Source: Cyclobacteriaceae bacterium (GTDB lineage: Bacteria > Bacteroidota > Bacteroidia > Cytophagales > Cyclobacteriaceae). Taken from it: DNA of 64,000 bases. The stretch spans positions 5,335 to 69,334 of the forward strand of contig JANQKF010000031.1 of assembly GCA_028281285.1 (NCBI GenBank). The letters are read 5' to 3'. Every line of letters begins with the position of its first letter. The first letter of the stretch is position 1. The translations under genes were made by a program, and so were the position numbers. Of this stretch, positions 1 through 9,716 are shown one piece after another. The notes below the pieces were generated by a model. It saw nothing but the letters and a program-made list of their open reading frames with translations. It was not told the origin of the DNA and ran no database searches.

Positions 1-3000
1 GGGTTGAACTGAACACTTGGATTAAAATTCAAAGAAGAACTCAAAAAATCAGGAGCGGTGGGTGTGAAATTGGCGGATGTCGCTCTGACAAGATTATTGC
101 TACCCGTCTTGTTCGCCCAGACCTGCACTTCTCCGCTCAGTAATCCATCTTCCGAACCTCCTTCAACTAGGCCATCAGCATCGAGATCTGCACCATCCAA
201 CCAATAGCGTAAATCCGAGCCTATCCCACCCGGAGCACCCAAGATGTTAAAAGCAGCTGAAACCGCTGAACTGGCATTACCCAATGAGGTTGCTTCTAAT
301 GTATAAGCTTGCCCAATTATATCTATTGAGACTCCCTGGAAAGTAACCACCCCACTTAGCGCCATCTGGCTTAAGGTTCCCGAAAGCGTTGCTGAACCTC
401 CGCTGGCATCATTCTCAAAAGTCAGATCGACAGTGATTGATGAGGAAGTAAGAACCTGATCGGCTCCATCGACTACACTTACTTGAATACCGTCAAGAGC
501 ATTTATTCGTGTCGAGCGTGGGGTGTTATTTGGTTCAAGCGTAAAAACCAGTTTTGGAGTAAAATCAACTGACACGCTAAAGAATCCACCGTCCTCCAAG
601 TCCGTAACTCCGGTGAAGGTGACTACATCTCCGTTGAAAGAACCTCCCACGCTCGAAACACTGGCAACACCTTCCCCATCAAGTACAATCAATCGTACCT
701 TTTCAGCGGTATAGGTAATTCCGGTTAGGTCAAAGCTGACATCAACTGCCCCGATATCAGAATCGGTTCCTATATTATTTCCTGAATTCGTAAAGTTTTT
801 TTCCTGAACCCTCCAGATACGTTCCATTATCGAATGACTCACACCATTGATTGTAGCGGTAATCGAATTAGTGGTAGTAGCTCCATTATGTCCCCAAATC
901 AGGAAATTCCCATTAACTATTGTCCCTGAGTTACTTGCAACTGTGACTATGCTACCAGTGTTCTCGCTTTTTGATTTGACTTGATCAAGGCCAGAATCAT
1001 CGTCTCTCCCGATCCCAGCCACATCATCGACATGGCTTGGAAATTCAGAGTAGTCCCACACGACCACGCCATTTGATGCTAAATAATCGCCTTCCGAAAA
1101 ATCACCATTCGATTCTCCCGGGATCGAATCGCCATCACCATCATTACTTAATGTAATACCGTACTTTAAAGAGAGGTAACTTTCTACTTTTTGGCGATCT
1201 TCAACGGAGAGTATGCTGGCATAGGTTATCATCTCCGCCATCATACCTTGGTAAAATTGATCCTGCCCCAACGAAAAATCGATACCGGGATCCTGTTCTT
1301 GTCCTAAGATGAGGGTTCCCTCAGATTCGTTGCTATGTCCACTAGCGGTAGTTTTGGTCGAACTGGCCTGTCCATTCAAATAAATATTGGTGTTGTTGGT
1401 TCCAATAGCCGTTCGATCTATGGTGAGAAGGTTTGGTCTACCTCCAGCCGCATTCACTCCTGTGGATCCGGAATTTGATCCGGCACCATAGACTGTAATA
1501 TTCTGTTGGGCAAAGACTAAAAACTCGTTATTGGAACCTGAAGTAGCATAATAAGACAAGATTCCATCCCCTGTACCTGATGACTTTAGCACTAAAAACT
1601 GGGTGATATCAGACGTGGGAAAGTCGGTGACATTAGCACCCAAATAGTCCGTTTTTATTGAATTTGGATTGAACTGGACTCCCGGATTAAAATTGAATTC
1701 ATTCTCGAGCAGGTCTGGGGAAGTCGTCACAGGTACATCAGCTACAACAATAGCATTATCCGTAAAATCCACATCACCGCCTTTATTAACCCATGTATTG
1801 ATCTCTCCGCTCGTAAGTCCTGACTCTGTAGCCACGCCTTCGGCAATTCCATCACCATCCAAATCATTAGCATCCAACCAATACCTTAGACTGGTCCCAA
1901 TACCCGCAGGTGCCGCATTGATATTAAAGGCTGCTGAAGATTGTTGCAGAGCGCCTGATACGGGTGACGTTGCTCTCAAAACATATCCTGTACCTGAAGC
2001 GTCAATTTGTAATCCGGTAAATGTAGCCTCCCCAGCAACTGCTGCAACAGAGTTGGTTCCGTTTAAATTGGCTGACCCTGTAGGATCTGTTTCAATCTCC
2101 AGAATTACGGTAGCCGTAGAATTGCTCAGTACATTATCGTTGGCATCCAACAACCGGACTTTGATTCCAGTGCCATCATTGATATCCGCATTGATCAAGG
2201 TGCTGACTGGTTCTACTGAAAAGAAGAGTTTGGGAGCAAAATCAGTGGTTATTGTTATATGATCCCCATCGGCAATATTGACGTTCGAGAAGGTCACCAC
2301 ATCACCATTAAATGCTCCAACAACCGTAGATATGACCGTACCGGCTCCGAAGGTACCATCATCGTCAATCAATAATCTCACACGATCTGAAGTGTAGGTA
2401 ATACCCGTCATATCGAAACTAAGATTCACCGCACCGAGGTCAGCCACAGTTCCAACCCCAGTGCTACCTATCTCTGTGTTGTTCTTTTCTTGCACTCTCC
2501 AGACTCGTTCAATACGATCATGGTTCACGCCATTTATAGTAAGGTTGGTGGTGGAAGTGGTACTCTGTCCATTATTGCCCCATATCATAAAATGATCATC
2601 GGTAATGGTGCCACCGGCATGTTCAATTGTAAGTATCACGCCATCATTCTGACTTTTGGACTTATTTTGAGAAAGACCTGAAATGGGATCTTCTCCGATA
2701 CCTGCTATATCGGTCACATAGCCAACATTTGCGGAAGCATCCCAAACCGCAATTCCATTGCTTGCCAAATAGTCGGTGGGAATAGTTTGATCCAGAGTTA
2801 CTCCGTACTTGATCGCCAGATAGCTTTCGATTTGCTGGCGCTCCTGAATCGTGGGTATAGCACTAAACACTATTATCTCCGATATATCACCATTAAAGTC
2901 ATCCAATGATGGATTATCGATCCCGATGGTACCTAAAAAGAGATTGCCTGAAGTCTCTGAGCCATGATTAGAGGTAAAGTTTCTTACTTCCTGGAAATTG

Positions 3001-5504
3001 GCGTAAACAAACGAGCCATTGGCCTGATCTTCATCGAAAACTACTGTGGTAATCACAGGCTTCTCAATTGGAAAGATTGAAGCAATGTTACTCGCGGTAC
3101 CACTACCATTAGAAACTGCCTGATCTAGTGAAGATGCCCTTGCAGCATTGTCAACCAAAAACCTATCCCATCCCCCATCATCTTCTCCCCATACACCTCC
3201 TGAATTGTCAGTAGCTGGTTTGTAGACAGCATAGACTGTAAGTTCGGGATATACATCCGCATTAATCGATAAACTGGTTTCTATCCAATCTTCATTAGGT
3301 GATGTTCCTGCCGGATCAAACTTCACGGAAGGATTAAAGTTCATTGATTCAGTCTCCAATGATGGATTGCCAGAAATCGTTGAGGTAATTCCACTCCCAC
3401 TTTGATCCGCCCAATTTGTGATGGGAACGGCTCCACTCACCCCCGAATCTGCCTTCAACCAAAGCTGGAGGTCTGCCCCAACTCCTCCGGGAACCTGAGT
3501 AATATTGAAAGGAGTACTTTGTTCAGCAGTCACTCCAAGAGCCGTAAATTCGAGTTGGTAATTAGTGCCAATCTTATCAATTTCTAAATCGTCAAAAGTA
3601 GCAATCCCATTTTCTGTTTCTTGGGTCAACGTCCCTCCTAACGTGGCGCCACCGGGGTTTACAAAAAAGTCGACATCTATATCAAAACCAGTATGTGCCG
3701 TTCTGATATTACCATTAGCATCGGCCAAGGCCACAGTAACAGCAGGAAAAATTACCTGCCCCACGGCTCTATTGGACGGTTCTTGCTGAATTATAAATTG
3801 AGCCGGGGGACCTACGGTAATATTGAACGTACTTGAGGTAGTATTATCAAAACCGCTTGCTTCTGCCCTGAGTGTATAGCCTGTTCCTAGTTCATCAATA
3901 CTCAAATCCGAAAAAGTGGCTTCACCCGATGTCGTTGGTTTAGAGATAGTCCCATCCAGTGTTCCTGACCCTACATTGTTTTCGATAAACAGATTGATCG
4001 TTGCATTGACATCGGTCAAAACAGTATTGGATCCATTGACTATACTTACTCTAACTCCGGGGCTGATATCATCAACACTCGTAGTATTTGACGGTTGAAC
4101 GGTGAACTTCAGTTTAGGGCTTTCTGTAGAAAGAGCCAGATAGTCACCATCATCCAGACTTACTCCTGTGAACACTACAATATCATTGTTAAATGAGGCC
4201 GCTGAAATTGTGGTCAGTTCGCCATCTGTAAGATCGTTGTCATCGTCTATTACCAATTTGAAGTCAGACAGTCCTTTTGAGGAGAGCCCGGAACCAGAGA
4301 CATCAAACGATACCGTAAGGCTTCCAAGGTCTCCAATATCCTGTATTAACCATCTTCGGCCAATAGTCTTGGTAATTCCACCGCAACCGCTACAACTGGT
4401 TTCTGTCACCACACCTCCGTCATTGGCCCAACTCAGAAATTCCAGATTACTCACCGAACCGGAACTGGCTTCTATCGTTAGCATTGCATCTGAGTTTTGA
4501 GAGGTAGATTTCAGCTGAGTCAGTGCAGAACCATCATCTTTGCCTATGCCGGCAACATCATTCTTAAATGCAGCACCAACACCCGTTTTACTACTATCCC
4601 ACATCTTGCTGGTTCCATTTGAAGCCAGGTAGTCGGTATTTCCTGCATCAAGTGTGATTCCATATTTCAAGGCCAGATATGATGCAATTCTCTGTTGTTC
4701 TGCGCTACTCGGATTTCCGGAGTAGAGTATTACTTCAGCAATATCTCCGTTGAAGTGACTTTGAGCGATCGTTCCAGCGCTAGCACCCACAGTTGGAAAT
4801 GCAACATTATTTGCCAGAAAAGAAAAACTCAAAGTCTGTGCAGTTCCCTGATTGATTCTTACCTGTTCTTGCGAACCTGAAAAATGGGACATGAAAACGG
4901 CCGGATCGTCCGAGGCCGAAATGGAAGTCAGAAAGTGGTTCGGGTTGAGGCTGGTCCCATAGTCCACTCCGTAGTTTCCACTCGTAATGAATTGTCCGTA
5001 GGCAGCCCAGTTTCCCCCTGTTTGTCCATACTGAAAGATGAATTCTTCTGAAGCAGTTGCTGCATTTCGAATAACAGAAAAAATCAAGCGGGAAGCAGAG
5101 CCGGTCGGGAAACCAGTAACACCGGCACTGGGACGTAACGCAGCATTGCCGGGAAATCGCATTACATCATTAAAATTCAGCTGATCTGTTTGCTCCAGAG
5201 TTATATTACCAGAGCCCACTTTTGTATTAAAATCGTTGCCCCCGGCTTGGTCAGACCAAGAGTTACTGCCACCTCCTGCATTCGCTTTTAACCAAAGCTG
5301 TAAGCCGGAAGACACACCACCAGGACTTTGTCCAAAACCAGAAAAAGAAATGAGCGATATTAATAGAATACTAAAGAAGGTGCTTCTCAAAGAAGCCTTA
5401 CCAAACCGTAAGTCATCAAAAAAATTCGACTCGCGGGGGTTACAATTGTGCAGACGATTAAGTTCAAGATTTCCTCTTGCATGATAATTTTGATTTCGTT
5501 CCAT
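1..5504 (-). CDS. Giant modular surface/adhesin-like protein (>1,830 aa, 3'-truncated by window edge): signal-like N-terminus, repeated LamG-like jelly-roll (DUF8202-type) modules separated by Ig-like domains
   Basis: Translated by hand: ATG at 5504 (MERNQNY...ILLISLISFSGFGQSPGGVSSGLQLWLKANAG). The same frame was confirmed at about 4690, 2810, 1165 and 5. The module start PGG/PAG..L..W..A occurs at about 5325, 3490, 1905 and 235; the module end (G)DI.E...ESYL.LKYG.TL at about 4670, 2810 and 1165. Its absence from the ORF track fits an ORF with no stop inside the window. Confidence 0.9.
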   Translation of the reverse strand, partial: MERNQNYHARGNLELNRLHNCNPRESNFFDDLRFGKASLRSTFFSILLISLISFSGFGQSPGGVSSGLQLWLKANAGGGSNSWSDQAGGNDFNTKVGSGNITLEQTDQLNFNDVMRFPGNAALRPSAGVTGFPTGSASRLIFSVIRNAATASEEFIFQYGQTGGNWAAYGQFITSGNYGVDYGTSLNPNHFLTSISASDDPAVFMSHFSGSQEQVRINQGTAQTLSFSFLANNVAFPTVGASAGTIAQSHFNGDIAEVILYSGNPSSAEQQRIASYLALKYGITLDAGNTDYLASNGTSKMWDSSKTGVGAAFKNDVAGIGKDDGSALTQLKSTSQNSDAMLTIEASSGSVSNLEFLSWANDGGVVTETSCSGCGGITKTIGRRWLIQDIGDLGSLTVSFDVSGSGLSSKGLSDFKLVIDDDNDLTDGELTTISAASFNNDIVVFTGVSLDDGDYLALSTESPKLKFTVQPSNTTSVDDISPGVRVSIVNGSNTVLTDVNATINLFIENNVGSGTLDGTISKPTTSGEATFSDLSIDELGTGYTLRAEASGFDNTTSSTFNITVGPPAQFIIQQEPSNRAVGQVIFPAVTVALADANGNIRTAHTGFDIDVDFFVNPGGATLGGTLTQETENGIATFDDLEIDKIGTNYQLEFTALGVTAEQSTPFNITQVPGGVGADLQLWLKADSGVSGAVPITNWADQSGSGITSTISGNPSLETESMNFNPSVKFDPAGTSPNEDWIETSLSINADVYPELTVYAVYKPATDNSGGVWGEDDGGWDRFLVDNAARASSLDQAVSNGSGTASNIASIFPIEKPVITTVVFDEDQANGSFVYANFQEVRNFTSNHGSETSGNLFLGTIGIDNPSLDDFNGDISEIIVFSAIPTIQERQQIESYLAIKYGVTLDQTIPTDYLASNGIAVWDASANVGYVTDIAGIGEDPISGLSQNKSKSQNDGVILTIEHAGGTITDDHFMIWGNNGQSTTSTTNLTINGVNHDRIERVWRVQEKNNTEIGSTGVGTVADLGAVNLSFDMTGITYTSDRVRLLIDDDGTFGAGTVISTVVGAFNGDVVTFSNVNIADGDHITITTDFAPKLFFSVEPVSTLINADINDGTGIKVRLLDANDNVLSNSTATVILEIETDPTGSANLNGTNSVAAVAGEATFTGLQIDASGTGYVLRATSPVSGALQQSSAAFNINAAPAGIGTSLRYWLDANDLDGDGIAEGVATESGLTSGEINTWVNKGGDVDFTDNAIVVADVPVTTSPDLLENEFNFNPGVQFNPNSIKTDYLGANVTDFPTSDITQFLVLKSSGTGDGILSYYATSGSNNEFLVFAQQNITVYGAGSNSGSTGVNAAGGRPNLLTIDRTAIGTNNTNIYLNGQASSTKTTASGHSNESEGTLILGQEQDPGIDFSLGQDQFYQGMMAEMITYASILSVEDRQKVESYLSLKYGITLSNDGDGDSIPGESNGDFSEGDYLASNGVVVWDYSEFPSHVDDVAGIGRDDDSGLDQVKSKSENTGSIVTVASNSGTIVNGNFLIWGHNGATTTNSITATINGVSHSIMERIWRVQEKNFTNSGNNIGTDSDIGAVDVSFDLTGITYTAEKVRLIVLDGEGVASVSSVGGSFNGDVVTFTGVTDLEDGGFFSVSVDFTPKLVFTLEPNNTPRSTRINALDGIQVSVVDGADQVLTSSSITVDLTFENDASGGSATLSGTLSQMALSGVVTFQGVSIDIIGQAYTLEATSLGNASSAVSAAFNILGAPGGIGSDLRYWLDGADLDADGLVEGGSEDGLLSGEVQVWANKTGSNNLVRATSANFTPTAPDFLSSSLNFNPSVQFN

Positions 5505-5605
5505 ATCTAGTGATCAGCACGGTTTAGGTCGTTATAAACAGCTCTAAGGCCATTTTGTGCTTGATTCAAAACTAGATTCGGGTGCGTCTGATGCCTAAAA
5601 AGAGT

Positions 5606-5653
5606 GGGTTACAAAGAGGTAACAGGGTGCTAACAAATGGGTTACATGTAACC
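5606..5653. promoter_or_regulatory. Four 11-bp-phased direct repeats (GGTTACA/GGTAACA/GCTAACA/GGTTACA) ending in the perfect palindrome GGTTACATGTAACC; putative operator array
   Basis: The ACA of each unit ends at 5613, 5624, 5635 and 5646; palindrome at 5640-5653; about 100-150 bp upstream of the giant gene. Confidence 0.6.
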
Positions 5654-5781
5654 GGAAGGTAGATGCAATTGTGGAACTGTGATCAACATCACTAAATCGA
5701 ATTCACCAAGGCGCTTTGTCCTGATTTTACCTTGCTATCAAAGTTGAGCGCTTGGTACAGGGGTACTTGGTCAGAGCAAAT

Positions 5782-7647
5782 TTAGACCGTAATTGGATTG
5801 GAGGTCATAGAAGAAAGGAATTTGGACAAGGACTCTTCTGCCATGAGGTTCAGTTTCTTTTTAATGCGGTTCCTGGCCATTTTAACGCTTCCTGGACTAA
5901 TGCCGTGCATGTTAGCCACCTCCTTGTTAGTAAGCTGTAGCTGTACATATGCGCAGTGCTTAAGTTCATTTTCCGTCAAGTGTGAACCCCTATCTCTCAA
6001 CTCTGAAAAAAATCTTGGATGAACACTTTCAAAATGGGTCTGGAATAGCTTCCAGTCCTGATTGCTATTCAATGATGGCTTTATCAACTTGATTAGATCA
6101 GCAATTTGTCTTTCCAAGTCACCTTCAAGTGGAGAATTTCTTATTTCAATTAGTTTTTCACGTACCTTCCGCAATTGATTGTTAAGATTTTCTTTCGAGA
6201 TTGTACTTGATGTTAGCTGCCTTCTTTTATAATCCAACAAATTATTTAGCTTTTCTTTCTTGAGTTGGTCAATTTCTTTTTCTTTCTCCACCTGCTGTTC
6301 AAGCAATTTCATCTGACTCGATTTTAGCTCTTGTTCGGCCAGTAACTTTTGATTTTCAACTTCCTTTAATCTCCTTGACTTCTTTAGTAAATGCAGGTTC
6401 CAAATTACCACAGCTAACAACACGAGCAATACTATCACACCTATTGAGATAATTAAATTCCGACTTCTTTGTCGTTCAATCTCGCTTTCATATTTCAACC
6501 TGTCCTCCAATAAAGTGGCTTTTGCCTCATATTGAGCTTCAATTCTACCCACTTCACGCTCGTCAAATTTGTTCAACTCTGCCACCCTATAGCTCATATA
6601 ACTCCGGAAGTTCTGCAGTGCCTGCTTGAAATCACCTTTCTCTTCATGGAGTGTTGATAGCACTCGAAAACTTTGGGCGATATGATGTGTGAAGTCAGTT
6701 GACAAAGCAATCCACAAAGCTTTTTCGGCATTTTGTATAGCCGCTTCTAATTGCTGTCCTTTAGCATAAGTTTTAGCCATCCCTGTATAAATGGCAATTT
6801 GTCTTGCCTTATCCATAGAATCACCGTGGCTCTCTAACAAATCCTGACTTAAGGCAATGGATTTATCTAGCTGCCCCAGTTCTCGATATACTGCGGCCAT
6901 GAGTATGTTGGAAGGAATTTTTATACTTGCTGGCTCATTCTTTTTATCAATGTCAATCGCTTCTTGCAACGAATGAATTGCTTTTGGAAATTCTCCGGCA
7001 TTGAAGAAGAGATTAGCTTTGTTGTAACAGATCAATGCATACCTGGAAGAAATCGCACGTACTGACAAAGAGGCTTCATCCATCTCCTGAACCTTGTCAA
7101 TCGCCTTTTCATAATTACTGATTGCAGAAGGATAATCATTCATCAACTGATAAGCCACGGCCGTTGCCAAAAAAGCGTCCAGCATTTCCTTCTGGAAATC
7201 CTGCCTTTCCGTTGACCCCATTGTTCCAGGTTCTTCAAGTCGCTGTTCAAAAAAAGCCAATCCTTGAGTTCCATAGTAGAGCGCACTATCGTAGTCGGCT
7301 GTTCGACCAAAGGCAAATGCCAACCGTATATTCGCTTTGGCTTCAAGATCCAGTGCCCGCCACCCACGCGCCATGAAATGCGCTTTTCTGGCGTAAAGAA
7401 GTGCTTCAATTTCATTGCCAAGTTCGTCAAGATAGATTCGGCTTATCTTCAAATACATCTTTACTTCCTCCGCATCATCAAGGGTCTTCGCCACTTCAAC
7501 CAAACTATCCAGTTCCTCTTCGATTGACTTTTGAGCTTCAACCGGGTTTTCACTCAACGATAGACATATGATGCAGGATAAAAGAAATCGGACATTTAAG
7601 AGTTTAAGTCGACTTCTTACTTTGAAATTCTTCCAGTAAGTTTCCAT
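5782..7647 (-). CDS. Transmembrane TPR-repeat protein with C-terminal LuxR-type HTH (one-component regulator)
   Basis: N-terminal hydrophobic segment, TPR-like repeats (AISNYEKAID, AIHSLQEAID), TM helix LIISIGVIVLLVLLAVVIW, coiled coil, and LTENELKHCAYVQLQLTNKEVANMHGISPGSVKMARNRIKKKL. ORF track start is 7683; ATG 7647 preferred. Confidence 0.85.
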   Translation of the reverse strand: METYWKNFKVRSRLKLLNVRFLLSCIICLSLSENPVEAQKSIEEELDSLVEVAKTLDDAEEVKMYLKISRIYLDELGNEIEALLYARKAHFMARGWRALDLEAKANIRLAFAFGRTADYDSALYYGTQGLAFFEQRLEEPGTMGSTERQDFQKEMLDAFLATAVAYQLMNDYPSAISNYEKAIDKVQEMDEASLSVRAISSRYALICYNKANLFFNAGEFPKAIHSLQEAIDIDKKNEPASIKIPSNILMAAVYRELGQLDKSIALSQDLLESHGDSMDKARQIAIYTGMAKTYAKGQQLEAAIQNAEKALWIALSTDFTHHIAQSFRVLSTLHEEKGDFKQALQNFRSYMSYRVAELNKFDEREVGRIEAQYEAKATLLEDRLKYESEIERQRSRNLIISIGVIVLLVLLAVVIWNLHLLKKSRRLKEVENQKLLAEQELKSSQMKLLEQQVEKEKEIDQLKKEKLNNLLDYKRRQLTSSTISKENLNNQLRKVREKLIEIRNSPLEGDLERQIADLIKLIKPSLNSNQDWKLFQTHFESVHPRFFSELRDRGSHLTENELKHCAYVQLQLTNKEVANMHGISPGSVKMARNRIKKKLNLMAEESLSKFLSSMTSNPITV

Positions 7648-7682
7648 ACACTTTTGTGAAATCAATCCAGGGTCAGAAAACA

Positions 7683-8078
7683 CTACATATCTCGGAAATA
7701 CTCGATTTTCAAAGTCCCTTCAGGAACCACTGATTCCATTACCATTTTTTGATCTTTGGCCAACAGCACTTTGTGTCTCTCGACTCCATCTATATCAGAA
7801 GTAATTAGAATCTGCGACTCTTGTAAAAATTCCCACTTTCCCTCTATGGTTTTTCCCTGCCGAACAAAAGAATAGGTTCCATCGCTATTGTAAGTCATAG
7901 AAAAATCCCCAAATATCGAGGCGGGAATTTCCTTATCGTTCAATTCAGCTTTCAGTATCTTCCATTTGTAAGAAATAAAGGAAGTAAAGTCTTCCTTTAA
8001 TAATTTCTCTTGCCCATAACATTCTTGGTTCATCAAAAAACCCACAAAGACAACCAGTATTATCGAAACTCTCTTCAT
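7683..8078 (-). CDS. Secreted lipocalin-like beta-barrel hypothetical protein
   Basis: Signal peptide; YKWKIL...DGTYSF...EGKWEF pattern typical of Bacteroidota lipocalin-like domains. Confidence 0.6.
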   Translation of the reverse strand: MKRVSIILVVFVGFLMNQECYGQEKLLKEDFTSFISYKWKILKAELNDKEIPASIFGDFSMTYNSDGTYSFVRQGKTIEGKWEFLQESQILITSDIDGVERHKVLLAKDQKMVMESVVPEGTLKIEYFRDM

Positions 8079-8382
8079 TTCTTTGCTTCTGTTTTAATCA
8101 ATAAGATTAAGTCAATAAAACTATGATAAGCTCCTCAAAAAAGGATTCATACAGCATTTTCAATTATTTAATATACAAAATTATGGATGCAAAATTCCTC
8201 GGGAGTACAATCCGATTGGTGAAAATACAGTGCATACTTTCTCCAATCATACTCTGCACATATCGAGTCGCAAGACGAAATAAGGATGTTAGGAGCAAAC
8301 CAAAATTGGCCCCAGAATGTCAGTGCACTAATTCAAATCTCAATTAATTGAATATGGAAGAAGTGCCAGGAAAAGATCTCAT

Positions 8383-9714
8383 TTACTCATACCGAAGTGA
8401 TTCTATCGGGTCCAATTGGGCCGCTCTGCGTGCTGGAGCAATGCCAAAAATAATACCTACAGTCACGGCAACACCAAAGGAAAGCACAATCGACCCGATA
8501 TTGACAATAGTCGGGATATCGGCTAACTCGGCAATAGCGTAGGCCGAGGTAAGCCCGAAAATCACACCAACCGCACCTCCGGAAAAGCTAATCATTACTG
8601 CTTCGATCAAGAATTGATAGATGATGTCCAATTTGGTGGCACCAAGTGATAGTCTGAGGCCTATTTCCTTGATCCTTTCCAGAACAGAGGCCAACATGAT
8701 ATTCATGATTCCAATACCTCCTACCAACAAAGAGATTCCTGCTATGCCTCCCAACACAAAATTGAAGATGTTTTTAGTACGCTGCTGCTGTTTTAAAAGC
8801 AATTCAGGTATTGTGATTTCATAATCCACCACCTGGCTATGCTTTCTCTTTAAGATTTTCGAAACTACCTGTGCAATGGCACTCATTTGCTCGGTCTCTG
8901 AGACTTTTATTACCAACCTGTCAAGTTGATGGTAATTGATTCCGGATTTATCCTCATTGCGATTTCTACGGGCTTCCTGGATCAATGCATTGGTAACCAT
9001 GAGTCTGTTCTCGTAACGGATCAGAGCGGTGCTTAATGGAGTATAGATATCCATATTATAATCACGGATACCAAGATTGGAGATGCTCTTTTCGGAGATC
9101 AATCGCTCTTCAAGCACACCAACCACTTTGAGCCAGTGCTTTCCTACCTTTATGTATTTACCAATAGGTTCTTCGCGGCTGAAGAATTTAGCCTTGATTG
9201 ATTTACCTATCACACAAACCGGTTTCCCTTTTTCTATCTCTTCCGGATTGAAAAAGGTCCCTTCATCCAACTCAAAACCGGAGATCTCAAAGTATTCATT
9301 GTTGACTCCCACCAGTTTTGATGTCCTTCTAAAACCATCTCGTGAAACTTCAGTGTCAAGCAGAATCTCGGGACTTATCATATCTATCCCCGGAACGATT
9401 CGCTGGATACTTTCTACATCCAGAAAATTTAATCCAAGAGATAGGTTTTTCTTTTGTTTGGACCCAACCACACCTTCTTCTTCTGCCACCTCTCCCTCAC
9501 TCTGCTCAATTATTGGCTTAATTACAATGTTATTGACCCCAACAAGTTTGATTTGCTCCAGGATCTCTTCTTGAGCTCCCGACCCTATGGCTAGCATTGC
9601 AATTACTGCTGCAACACCAAAAATGATTCCCAGACCGGTCAGTAAAGACCGAATCTTGTTTGCGAAAACCGCTTCACTGGCAATCGCAAAATTCGAAACT
9701 ATTCTGCGAATCAT
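8383..9714 (-). CDS. MacB/FtsX-family ABC transporter permease (no fused ATPase)
   Basis: RSLLTGLGIIFGVAAVIAM, LLVGGIGIMNIMLASVLERIKEIGLRLSLGA, ends PIESLRYE. Confidence 0.92.
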   Translation of the reverse strand: MIRRIVSNFAIASEAVFANKIRSLLTGLGIIFGVAAVIAMLAIGSGAQEEILEQIKLVGVNNIVIKPIIEQSEGEVAEEEGVVGSKQKKNLSLGLNFLDVESIQRIVPGIDMISPEILLDTEVSRDGFRRTSKLVGVNNEYFEISGFELDEGTFFNPEEIEKGKPVCVIGKSIKAKFFSREEPIGKYIKVGKHWLKVVGVLEERLISEKSISNLGIRDYNMDIYTPLSTALIRYENRLMVTNALIQEARRNRNEDKSGINYHQLDRLVIKVSETEQMSAIAQVVSKILKRKHSQVVDYEITIPELLLKQQQRTKNIFNFVLGGIAGISLLVGGIGIMNIMLASVLERIKEIGLRLSLGATKLDIIYQFLIEAVMISFSGGAVGVIFGLTSAYAIAELADIPTIVNIGSIVLSFGVAVTVGIIFGIAPARRAAQLDPIESLRYE

Positions 9715-9716
9715 GA

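Noticed and set aside
523-5484. Plus-strand ORFs of 60-197 aa listed in the track
   Set aside because: They are S/T/P/V-rich antisense shadows of the giant minus-strand gene and have no recognisable motifs.
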